DNA of 63,343 bases, counting the filler. It is 8 parts of 8 records of this genome, joined end to end, with 100 filler letters (N's around TTAATTAATTAA, not from the genome) between each part and the next. Parts side by side here need not be neighbours in the genome. Positions count along the whole stretch, not along the records: positions 9,319 to 19,711 come from SRR31147125_11651; positions 19,812 to 27,329 come from SRR31147125_11719; positions 27,430 to 33,119 come from SRR31147125_11731; 5 more parts are not named here. One strand, given 5' to 3'. The position numbers were made by a program, and so were the translations under genes. A model generated the notes under the pieces. The model worked only from the letters and a program-made list of their open reading frames with translations, was not told the origin of the DNA and did not search any database. This document shows positions 19,711 to 29,453 of the stretch, piece by piece (positions within the stretch are counted from its first letter, which is position 1; every line of letters begins with the position of its first letter).

Positions 19711-20106
19711 TNNNNNNNNNNNNNNNNNNNNNNNNNNNNNNNNNNNNNNNNNNNNTTAATTAATTAANNNNNNNNNNNNNNNNNNNNNNNNNNNNNNNNN
19801 NNNNNNNNNNNGCTGTTGGACATGTGGGTAAGGGGTACTCTAATGGACGATTTCTAAAGGCGTAAAAAGGTTTTGTAAATAGAATCTTTGGGCGCCTTTT
19901 TTGTTTCCAGGGTGTTTTGGCTTTCCTTTTAAATGTGGGTAATAATCACAGAAAATAGAGTTATCGATGGGGTAGTGGGCTTTGGAATAGAATATTCTGA
20001 TCGTGCAAATGATTTTCTAAAACATAGACATTGTTTTCTATTATGGAAAAATAAATTCGCTGGTTGGTTAACTTTTAATTGTTTTCTACATAAGGAGTAT
20101 CCTGAA

Positions 20107-21731
20107 ATGAAAAATGTCATTGCAGTAATAATCCTGGTTGGAGTGCTTGTTCATTTTATGAATTGTGAGATACAACAAAAACCAAAACCTGTTAAAAGCT
20201 ATTCATTCACGCTTTCTGTTCCAATACAAAAATGTTCATTGGGCAAAACCAAAACAGAGCAGGAAAATGTCAATTTCACCATGAAGATAATGGATGAAAA
20301 AAATGATATTTTCTCGGGATTATTAAAAATCACGTCATCGAAAAATTCAAAATGGCGTTACATTCGTGGTCGATACATTACACAGGATTCCCTTGTCTTC
20401 ACTGATTCTCTTGCTATTCTGGATGCCTATTACAACGTGCCATCCCCTAAATCAACAAGATTAACCAATGCAACCTATAGCTTGAAACTGGATAATGAAA
20501 CGTTAAAAGGAAAAATGTCCGTTATCCCGGCAAAACTGGACACTGTATTTGACAAGTATTTGCCATCTGATAACTCTTCTTTTGAAGGCATTTTTTGTGA
20601 AACGGATACGTTGTCAGAAATGGAAATGGATGCCTGGAGTTTATTTGAAAAGGAACAAACCCTGAAAGCACAGTTTGATTCGATCCAAAACAAATATAAT
20701 ACTTTTATTTTTGAATATGATAAATTGCCAGATTCTGTTTATTATTCTATGAGCGAGTTAGCTTTGGGATTATTAAAAACAGGTTACCCATTTTTTGAAA
20801 AATATCAACATGGTCCGGACTCCATTGTCGTGCAAAAGGATTTTTATGGTAGAATAGATAATTGTTTGAGATTTTGCCAGAAAAATGAAAAAGATTTAAC
20901 AGCGATGATAGAATATCTGACAACAATCCAGCCGGAAGGGAGCCGTTATTATTTAACATGGAATTGGAGCGCACATAATTGTAAAAGTCGATTTGCGTGG
21001 ATAAAATATAAAATGCAAAAGGATCCTGAATTCTCAGGCAAACGGTTTACCAGACCAGGGGAGGTCAGAAAATATAATTCCACAGTTCAGGAGTTTTATC
21101 AAAGTGTTGATCCAACAAGGATTCATCCGCTTGAAAAACTAAACTATTTTTACCGATATACACATTATGTTGTAAAGCACAGTATTGGTAATAAAGACAA
21201 TCTGCTAAAGATGCTTGATAAAGCGGAAAAAATGAATTCGCAAGATGAAGAATATTTATATCATATTAATAGAGTAAAAGATACTGTTGAAAAATACGTA
21301 AATTTAAATAAACGACTTGATAATCCTGCTCCGGATTTTACAGCTACAGATGTAAAGGGAAAGACTATTCATTTAGCTTCTCTTAAAGGCAAGGTGGTTT
21401 ATCTGGATTTTGGACAACCTGGTGCGGATCGTGTCGCGGATCTATTCCGCAGTTGAAATCTTTGTACGAGAAATACAAAAAATCGGGATTTGAAATAATT
21501 GGTATAGCCCCGGACAAACTTGACGATGTTTTAAAGATGTGCCAGGATGAAAAAATGTCCTGGCCACAAATTGTGCCCACTAAAAATAACGCGCCGGATT
21601 TGTTGAAAATATATGGCGTTGCTTCTTTTCCAAAAGGATTTTTAATAGATAAAAAGGGTATAATAGCTGAAATAATCCATCCAAATGACGATCGATTTGA
21701 TTTTATTTTACAGCAGTATTTGCTTGAATAA
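20107..21731 (+). CDS. Secreted/lipoprotein TlpA-family thiol-disulfide oxidoreductase (1-nt deletion at T-run 21408-21411)
   Basis: RBS AAGGAG, signal peptide ending in Cys; PAPDF; restored frame reads LDFWTTWCGSC; FP..FLIDKKG. Confidence 0.8.
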
Positions 21732-22089
21732 AGCAGTAAACAAAAGTTTCCGGTTTACCGAAACCGCCCTGTGCGTATTCGATAGAACTGATTCACGCAT
21801 GAAATTATATGAAAATTATTAGTTTCAGATGCTCGCAGGTTACGGCAACTGAAACTAACTGTTATCTATTTTTACTTTTTGGCTACACTATTTTGTGTGG
21901 ATCAACGATCAACATTTTATGCTAGAACTCGTAACAACCGTTTCATTTTTTGTTTTGCAGGGCTTGCCGGAATAATGGGAGTGGTTTACAATCTTAAATG
22001 TTGAATGTCATAATAATGCCGTAAACAATTCATTTGTAAATATACGGATATAGTTTACTTTAAGTATATAATACAAATGGAGGGATCTT

Positions 22090-22710
22090 ATGCAACAATC
22101 AGAAATAGGTAAAAAAGTAAAAAGTCTCAGGGAAGGAAAAAATCTAACCCAGGAAGAATTGGCAAAATTATGCAACATTCATATTCGTACGGTTCAAAGA
22201 ATTGAAAAAGAAAAAGTAGTACCCAGTCTCTATACTCTGAAGGTTTTGTCTGAAAATTTGGAATATGACCTAAGTTTGAAAGAAATGGACAACGTCCCCA
22301 AAATGAGAAAAACAAGTTTTACGAGGCGATTTGCTGCCTTTATTATTGATGCTATTATTCTTTCAATCCCATTAATGTTTATTACTCCGTCAAGTACATA
22401 TTTTACCCACCCGGATATATTTTCACAATTATTATTTGCAGCTCCTTTTGTATTATTCATATCAACCTTGTATTTTGTTTTGCTTTGGTATTCTTCCGAA
22501 GGTGCTACCATTGGCATGATGATTTTTAAAATTCGGGTAACTCAAATTAATGGAGATAGATTGTCTTTTGGCAAAAGTTTTATACGATTTATTGGATTTG
22601 TTTTTTCCTCGCTCGCCTTTTATGCTGGATTAATATGGATACTCTTTGATAAAGAGAATCAGGGATGGCATGATAAAATGGCTAAAACTGTAGTGGTTGA
22701 AAAATTATAA
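22090..22710 (+). CDS. XRE-family HTH regulator fused to an RDD membrane domain
   Basis: LTQEELA...RTVQRIE HTH; RRFAAFIID, TIGMMIFKIRV, QGWHDKMAKTVVV RDD motifs. Confidence 0.88.
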   Translation: MQQSEIGKKVKSLREGKNLTQEELAKLCNIHIRTVQRIEKEKVVPSLYTLKVLSENLEYDLSLKEMDNVPKMRKTSFTRRFAAFIIDAIILSIPLMFITPSSTYFTHPDIFSQLLFAAPFVLFISTLYFVLLWYSSEGATIGMMIFKIRVTQINGDRLSFGKSFIRFIGFVFSSLAFYAGLIWILFDKENQGWHDKMAKTVVVEKL

Positions 22711-22744
22711 TGGATATAGCGGGAAGATTGACAATTGACATCTC

Positions 22745-22771
22745 AATTGTGCACACACTGTGTGCACAATT
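22745..22771. promoter_or_regulatory. Perfect 27-bp palindrome, candidate operator (or hairpin)
   Basis: AATTGTGCACACA-C-TGTGTGCACAATT, next to TTGACA boxes at 22728 and 22735. Confidence 0.55.
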
Positions 22772-22824
22772 TGTGGGACAAGGTTGTGTGGAATAAGCTC
22801 AAAGGAATAATGAACTAACTTTTT

Positions 22825-22927
22825 CTCGTTCCCAGCGAATCGCTTTAAATGCATGTCCGGAGGCTCTGTTTCATTTAGAGATGTTTGTCAGCACTCCAGG
22901 TTGCGTTTTTATAAAAAACGGACGGCA
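22825..22927 (+). repeat. Degenerate, truncated copy of the ~139-bp inverted-repeat element
   Basis: CTCGTTCCCAGC...TCCGGAGGCTCTG...GATGTTTG...ATAAAAAAC shared with copies at 25079 and 27198. Confidence 0.75.
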
Positions 22928-22947
22928 ATCAAATCCTGAAAGGAAAA

Positions 22948-23901
22948 ATGAGTAAAAATAATCTAGTTGTCTTCGAGCACGTATCAAAAAGTTATCAGGA
23001 GTTACTTGCTCTTAATGATATCTCGTTTCAGCTAAAACAGGGTGAAATTTTCGGATATGTTGGCCCAAATGGAGCAGGCAAAACAACGACAATCAAAATA
23101 TTGGTTGGCCTCATTCAGAATTTTAAAGGTGATTACTTTATCGATAATAATATTATGCCAGCTAATTTTGCCAATGTCCAAAGTTTGCTGGGTTATCTTC
23201 CACAGAATGTAGCTTTTCAGGAATGGCGTACTATTGACCATGCCCTCAAAACATTTGGAATACTCTCTGGTCTGGATGAAGAAAAACTTGAGAATCGAAT
23301 AATAGAGACTCTCGACATTTTAGATCTAAGTACTGTAAGGCATAAAAAGATTATTCAATTATCAGGTGGAATGGTACAAAAAGTGGGTTTGGCTCAAGCA
23401 ATTCTGCATACGCCAAAATTTTTAGTATTAGATGAACCACTATCCGGATTAGATCCTGCCAGTCGATATACGATGAAAGCCATAATCAAAGATTTAAGTA
23501 AAAAAGGAACAACTATTTTCTTCTCTTCGCATATCTTGAGCGATGTGCAAGATATAGCTGATAGAATTGCCATATTAAATAAAGGCAAATTAATCAAAAT
23601 TGGTACATTAGATGATTTGAAATCTGATTTTTCTATTACGAATGATATAGAAATTTTGTTATCATACAATTCAGGCGCATTATCTGAGCTAAATGCTTTT
23701 TCATTTATAAAAAATATTGAGCAGCCTTCAGATAACAGAATTGTTATTTATCTTAATAGAAATGCTGATCCTGACAAAAGTTGTCATCGTATTATAAAAC
23801 ATATGCTTGATTTAAACTTTCGTATTAAAAGTTTCCAACCAGTTACCCCGGATCTTGACGATGTATATCTGAAATTTATAAAAGGAGACAAAACAAATTG
23901 A
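22948..23901 (+). CDS. ABC-2 type transporter ATP-binding protein
   Basis: GPNGAGKTT, LSGGM, LDEP, SSH motifs. Confidence 0.95.
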   Translation: MSKNNLVVFEHVSKSYQELLALNDISFQLKQGEIFGYVGPNGAGKTTTIKILVGLIQNFKGDYFIDNNIMPANFANVQSLLGYLPQNVAFQEWRTIDHALKTFGILSGLDEEKLENRIIETLDILDLSTVRHKKIIQLSGGMVQKVGLAQAILHTPKFLVLDEPLSGLDPASRYTMKAIIKDLSKKGTTIFFSSHILSDVQDIADRIAILNKGKLIKIGTLDDLKSDFSITNDIEILLSYNSGALSELNAFSFIKNIEQPSDNRIVIYLNRNADPDKSCHRIIKHMLDLNFRIKSFQPVTPDLDDVYLKFIKGDKTN

Positions 23902-24566
23902 CTCTGACATTGTTATTCAAAGATGAATTGAAAGGATTCTATAAATCGAATGTTATGATGATTCTTTGGATTGGCTTGCCTCTTTTTACTTTAGTTTTTC
24001 ATTTAATATCGTCACCAGATTTTGAAAAAGAATTATCATTTAGTTTTGTTACCTCAATTGTAATTTCTAATATTGGGGGTGTTTTAGCTACTGTGATGAT
24101 GTCAGTTCATATTATTCATGAAAAAAGTAGACATGTTTACGAACTATTCTTGATAAGACCCATCAGAAGAAAAGATATTCTCATTGCAAAGTTTTTTGCT
24201 ATTTTTGCCTGTGTTGCAATTGCAGCCATATTAGCATTTTTATCAGGATTGGTTATTGATTATTTATATCATGAAAGCATTTCGTCTCAAGTTTTTAAAG
24301 GTGCCTTGAAATCTTTGACATTAGGACTGTTTGTTATTTCCATTGCATGCTCAATAGGTGTTTTTATAGGCGTTATTGCATCTACTGTTCTTGTAGGAAT
24401 CATTCTAGTTCTATTTATAAGCAGCAATATTTCAACTCTGTCCATGCTTTTACCAACGATGTTAAATTTTCCAAATCCGTTTTTATTTTCTGTTATTCTT
24501 TGAGTCTTGCTTACTGTTACTTTTTTAAGCTTGTCGATATATTTATTTAACAGACAACAGTTCTAA
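23898..24566 (+). CDS. ABC-2 type permease (in-frame TGA at 24501-24503 before the last TM helix)
   Basis: Hydrophobic; RPIRRKDILIAKF motif; same frame continues VLLTVTFLSLSIYLFNRQQF to TAA 24566. Confidence 0.8.
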
Positions 24567-25078
24567 TATGGTTATAATAATAATTGTTTGGCCTTATATT
24601 GTAACTTTAAATTTTTGAATGTGAGGCTGTTAATGGTTAACTGTTTAACATTAATATGTTTATGGCTACAAAAGGTTCAACCTGACCTGCTTTACATTGG
24701 CGGATTTTAATCCTGGTAAAAATAAAATTAGAACAGATAGATAGAACAGGACCAGTGGAAAATCATTTTTGATGGCAATATTCTGCGGCTGAATAATGTA
24801 ATAGGTTAAAAAAGGGGAGGATCATTTTTGCTACTATGGTTAAAAAAAACAAAATAAGGTCTGAAAAATATATAGCTTTATTTTCCTGGGTATTACCCGG
24901 AGCTGGTGCCGAGTTGTTTCGGGGGGCAGATCGAGCGGGTGAAAGGTTATTTATGATAGTGGCATTTTTAATTATTGGCTAAACAAAACGGCAGGCAGTA
25001 TGACACCCGCGTTATAGACTGAGAACCTGCAGAGTTAACAAACCTTATTTTTGGCTCCTAAACCTTATTCCCTTATTT

Positions 25079-25217
25079 CTCGTTCCCGGCGTCTCGCTGG
25101 GAATGCTTTCCGGAGGCTCTGCCTCGTGTATAGATGTTTGCGCGATCTTTTGTGCTTTCATAAAAAACAGGCGGCAGGGCCACCAGAATACACTCCCGGC
25201 CGGAGACCGGGAGCGAG
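25079..25217 (+). repeat. Full-length 139-bp REP/MITE-like element with terminal inverted repeats
   Basis: Begins CTCGTTCCCGG, ends CCGGGAGCGAG; internal hairpins at both ends. Confidence 0.85.
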
Positions 25218-25921
25218 TAAAAAAGTGCACCAAAACTGGTTCAAAACGGACCGCTTGCGGGGTGCAAACAAGTACAAAACGTATTCATGGATCAGGTTTA
25301 TTTTGTCCTTTTGTTTTTTTCCTCACAGCCGATTAAACAGTCATTGTTTGGCATACAGAAAAAATTGTATAATTTCACTGCAAAAAAACAAATTTTATGA
25401 ATAATTCGTGAATAATCCTGCCGTATTACTGGTTAAAAAATAAAAGGGAAAAACGAAAATCAGACAGACAAAGAAATGACGCAGTACGTGCACGAGATGC
25501 TGGTTTTAAAACAATGGGTAGTCAGCGCGCGGGGATCCTATACTATTTCCTTTTTTCTTCTTCCTCTTTTTCTTTTCTAAAGCATTGCAAAATTTTATTA
25601 AAACAGACTGTATCTCTGAATTGACAGGTTCCTGACTTTTTATTAATTAAAAGATAAAAAAGCGTTAACAACTGGAAATGTGTTGCACCATTGCAGATTT
25701 GCGAGTCCTCTTTTTTTTCCAGGGAATATATTATGGATCAGGAATTGACATGACTTGACCATTTTGGAAATGAATCAGAGTTTCAGGTGCGAACAATCAG
25801 TTGATGAAATCAAATTATGATCACAACAGCAAAAAAGGAGGTGATGGATTATTATTCCGCGGTGATCTGAGGTTTTCTTTTTGGCGATTTTTAATTCATC
25901 TTTTAAATGTCGGAGGTAAAT

Positions 25922-26908
25922 ATGAAACAAAGACCTTTTTCCATATTCTTTATTTTGCTGATTATCATGACCTTTCTTTTTATGTTCGCCTGTACGCGCG
26001 AAGAACCGCTTGCGCCGCAATCATCAGATATGAATCATAATCAAACCAGTCTGGCTAAAAAATCGACTGCTAGCGGCGGCATTGAAGAGGGCACAATCAG
26101 TCCTGTCCTTGCTGATTTGAACAGAAAACTCAAAGGGAAGAATTTTCAGGTTTCCATGGCAGAGTGGATCACTGATGCCGGCACTGGTGAAATCGGACAA
26201 ACGGTCTATGCCAACAATCGTACGTTGCGACTGGATCACCACTGGGTACCAGGCGACCCGAATCGTGAAGGAAGAACAAACATTACCTATATGGTTGACC
26301 AGACAGAAGGAGCAACTACGAGTGGCTTAACTGGCGCTCAAACCGAACTCGCCATCGATCGCGCAATGAATACCTGGGAAAATGTAACCTGCTCAACAAT
26401 ACCTATAGAAAAGCAAGATTTTATTGGTATAGATCTTGGATATGTCCAATGGGTTTACGGCTTTGGTGGTGTACCTGGCTATGCTGCTGATATTACACAT
26501 GCGGGTTGGCTGCCCGGTGCTTTTTTTGACATACTTGCTCCTGGTGGAAGCGGATTTATCCTGGGTGTGACTTTTACTTTTATTTGGCTTGAAGGTCCCG
26601 GTGGACCTCCAACAGATATGGATAATAACGGCAAGCTTGATGTGGCGTTTCGTGAGATCTATTATAACGATGCTTTCCCATGGGCTATCGGATCTGGCAT
26701 TGACGTAGAAACCATTGCATTACACGAAGTTGGTCATGGTCTCAGTCAGGGGCATTTTGGCAAGATATTTAGAACCCTTGACAATGGAAAATTGCATTTT
26801 TCACCTTATGCTGTCATGAATGCCGCCTATTCCAGGGTACAACACACTTTAACCGGTACGGATAATGCCGGGCATTGCAGTATCTGGGGAAGCTGGCCAA
26901 ACAATTAA
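25922..26908 (+). CDS. Lipoprotein zinc metallopeptidase (metzincin/matrixin-like)
   Basis: RBS GGAGG, signal peptide ending MFAC; HEVGHGLSQGH zinc motif and AVMN Met-turn. Confidence 0.8.
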   Translation: MKQRPFSIFFILLIIMTFLFMFACTREEPLAPQSSDMNHNQTSLAKKSTASGGIEEGTISPVLADLNRKLKGKNFQVSMAEWITDAGTGEIGQTVYANNRTLRLDHHWVPGDPNREGRTNITYMVDQTEGATTSGLTGAQTELAIDRAMNTWENVTCSTIPIEKQDFIGIDLGYVQWVYGFGGVPGYAADITHAGWLPGAFFDILAPGGSGFILGVTFTFIWLEGPGGPPTDMDNNGKLDVAFREIYYNDAFPWAIGSGIDVETIALHEVGHGLSQGHFGKIFRTLDNGKLHFSPYAVMNAAYSRVQHTLTGTDNAGHCSIWGSWPNN

Positions 26909-27197
26909 CAGAAAAAGATGTTCGCATTCTCAACACGATGTGTTTTATTGCATCTATGTTCTATGAAAATCATCCCGTGGTTCCGTATCATGGGATGATT
27001 TTTGTTTATGGGAGATCGATGCTGTATCCAATTGTCAGGTGTCAGTGGCATTGATTGCCCGGGAAAAACGTGAGGATTCCACAGGAATATCAAGAGCACA
27101 TTCAATGACTCGGGAACATTTTCGATCGGTCAGGATATCTTTCCGAATTGTAAGTGTGTGGAATTTTAACGTGCTTAAAGTGTGGCGTTGCTGTTTT

Positions 27198-27329
27198 CTC
27201 GTTCCCAGCGGCTCGCTGGGAATGTTTTCCGGAGGCTCTGCCTCGTGTATTGTGTTTGCCAGATCTTTCGTGCTTTCGTAAAGAACGGGCCGCTAGAGTC
27301 ACCAAAATACACTCCCAGCCGGAGACTGG
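27198..27329 (+). repeat. Third copy of the ~139-bp element, cut by contig end
   Basis: CTCGTTCCCAGCGGCTCGCTGGGAATG...CCGGAGGCTCTGCCTCGTGTA...AATACACTCCCAGCCGGAGACTGG. Confidence 0.85.
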
Positions 27330-27431
27330 NNNNNNNNNNNNNNNNNNNNNNNNNNNNNNNNNNNNNNNNNNNNTTAATTAATTAANNNNNNNNNNNNNNN
27401 NNNNNNNNNNNNNNNNNNNNNNNNNNNNNCA

Positions 27432-28322
27432 GATGAAGAAAACAAAGAAGATGAAAAGACCGAAGAAAAAGCTTCCGATGAGCCTAAAGAAGAAACTACC
27501 GAGGCAACTGCGATAAACGAAGCTACAACTCCCGCAGAAGAACCGAAATCCGAACAAAATGAAACTATAATAGAAGAATCTGCACAGGTTGAACAGGCCG
27601 AGACTTTGGAAGTCGAAGTTGATGCAGAAGAATCAGGCGGAGACGTAAAACCAATCGAGCCTCCCCAAACCTGCAAGGAAAAATGCATGTCTGCCTGCTC
27701 CTGCTGGTTTGAGCTTGGCGGTGGTGGTGGGTTTTTCATGCTTCTTGTCAACGACTACAAAAGCCCATATGGCAATCATAGTGGCGTAGGTTTTTGGGGC
27801 GGTGGAAGAGCATTTGGCTACCTCGGCAAAACAAACGCCTGGCGTCTGGGAATGATGAGTGCCGGTGGAGTTGCCGAAACGGATGAAACTGTTCTTTTCT
27901 CCAATAAAATAGGATTTGCCGGTTCATCAAAAAGAACTGTAAGTGGCGGATACGGTGGATTCACAGCAGAATACATACTGCGTCCCCACAAGAGAGTTGA
28001 ATTTCCACTGGGATTTATGGTCGGCTTCGGTGGACAAAAATTCTCTTCCACTATGATTCAGGCAAACAAAAACGAAGATGGAACAAACATTTCGCAATCG
28101 TTCGAGGGCATCGAAACAACATACAGCACTGAAGGATCTTTCTTTGCCTTCCAGCCAATGATAGGATTTGAAGTAAGCATAACCAATTATCTTAAGCTTG
28201 GAACCAGCGTTGTTTATTTACTAACAGAGCCGTTTAGCGGTGGTCAGTACAATGACGGTTTTGCATTCACTTTCGGTCTGTTTTTCGGAAACTTTTTTGC
28301 AAAAGAATTCCCGATGGAATAA
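27432..28322 (+). CDS. Hypothetical protein: Glu-rich low-complexity region plus probable outer-membrane beta-barrel; 5' truncated
   Basis: Frame open from contig start; Gly/aromatic-rich amphipathic strands (GGYGGFTAEY, FAFQPMIGFEV, FAFTFGLFFGNF). Confidence 0.6.
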   Translation, partial: DEENKEDEKTEEKASDEPKEETTEATAINEATTPAEEPKSEQNETIIEESAQVEQAETLEVEVDAEESGGDVKPIEPPQTCKEKCMSACSCWFELGGGGGFFMLLVNDYKSPYGNHSGVGFWGGGRAFGYLGKTNAWRLGMMSAGGVAETDETVLFSNKIGFAGSSKRTVSGGYGGFTAEYILRPHKRVEFPLGFMVGFGGQKFSSTMIQANKNEDGTNISQSFEGIETTYSTEGSFFAFQPMIGFEVSITNYLKLGTSVVYLLTEPFSGGQYNDGFAFTFGLFFGNFFAKEFPME

Positions 28323-28371
28323 GAGTGTGACTTTGATTTTTGGGACTTCATATTTTAACAGTTAAACGGGC

Positions 28372-28503
28372 CTCGTCATTCTGAGCGGAGCCCATGGGCG
28401 AAGTCGAAGAATCTATTGCACTATCAAGCTTGTTACGGAAATAGATCCTTCGACTGCGAGACTTTGTCTCTACGAGACTAGCCTCTTCGCTCAGGATGAC
28501 GAG
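28372..28503. repeat. 132-bp palindromic REP/MITE-like element
   Basis: CTCGTCATTCTGAGCG...GTCGAAGAATCTATT / AATAGATCCTTCGAC...CGCTCAGGATGACGAG nested inverted repeats. Confidence 0.8.
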
Positions 28504-28586
28504 TAAATGTAAATTTGAAAACAGACTAACTTCAATGAAATAGCCTGAAACTCTATAAATTAATGCACACTGATGGAATAAACACA

Positions 28587-29453
28587 ATGCACAAAACTCT
28601 TCTAATCGGCTCGAATGGTCAGCTTGGCAGCGAAATTATTCTTGCAGCAAGAAAACATGATGAAATACAAGTAACAGGATTAAATCGCCCCGAAATAGAT
28701 GTGCGAGATCCGCAAAGCATAGAAAACGCTCTTGCAAAACACAAACCGGATAGCATAATAAACACAGCCGCTTTTCATCAGGTGGATCTTTGTGAAGATA
28801 AAGCCATTGATGCTTTTGCAACCAATAGTATAGGAGCGATGAATCTCGCTCGACTTGCAAAAAAATTCGATTGCAAACTTGTTCATTTTTCTACAGATCA
28901 CGTATTTTTTGGTAAAAAAGAGACAAAGGCTTTTACAGAAACAGACAAACCCAATCCAAAATCGGTATATTCCCTAAGCAAATATTCCGGCGAGGTAATG
29001 GTATCAAAAACTCATCCGGATTCGATTATTGTCAGAACTTGCGGGCTTTTCGGGGAACACACGCCAACCGCCAAACAGGCGAATTTTCCACAACTGATGA
29101 TAAATCTTGCCAAAGAAGGAAGAGCAATCCGAGTAGTGGATGATCAGATTTGTACACCAACATGGACAAAACCACTTGCCGAAGTAACGCTAAAGCTTGC
29201 CACATCAGAGCTAACAGGAGCTGTTCACGCAACATGCAACGGCAGTTGCTCATGGTATGAATTCGCCAGATATGTTTTGGATAAAGCCAATCTTGAAACA
29301 GAATTGACGCCTGTATCGAGTGAAGAATATGGGGCCAAAGCCGAAAGGCCATATTCATCCATTCTTGAAAATAGTAAGCTTAAAGATGCCGGTCTGGATA
29401 TCTTTCCTACATGGCAGGAAGCTCTCGATATCATAGTACCGAAGCTGGTGTAA
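28587..29453 (+). CDS. rfbD: dTDP-4-dehydrorhamnose reductase
   Basis: GSNGQLG, STDHVF, YSLSK, VVDDQICTPT, AERPYSS motifs. Confidence 0.93.
   Translation: MHKTLLIGSNGQLGSEIILAARKHDEIQVTGLNRPEIDVRDPQSIENALAKHKPDSIINTAAFHQVDLCEDKAIDAFATNSIGAMNLARLAKKFDCKLVHFSTDHVFFGKKETKAFTETDKPNPKSVYSLSKYSGEVMVSKTHPDSIIVRTCGLFGEHTPTAKQANFPQLMINLAKEGRAIRVVDDQICTPTWTKPLAEVTLKLATSELTGAVHATCNGSCSWYEFARYVLDKANLETELTPVSSEEYGAKAERPYSSILENSKLKDAGLDIFPTWQEALDIIVPKLV

Noticed and set aside
1-19711. Phage carrying a CRISPR-Cas system
   Set aside because: The phage and cas genes are on different contigs separated by an artificial spacer and differ visibly in GC content; there is no evidence of linkage.
21745-21860. Hairpins downstream of the tlpA gene (GTTTCCGG..CCGAAAC; TTAGTTTCAG..CTGAAACTAA)
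   Set aside because: No match to an RNA family I recognise; probably a terminator or decayed repeat.
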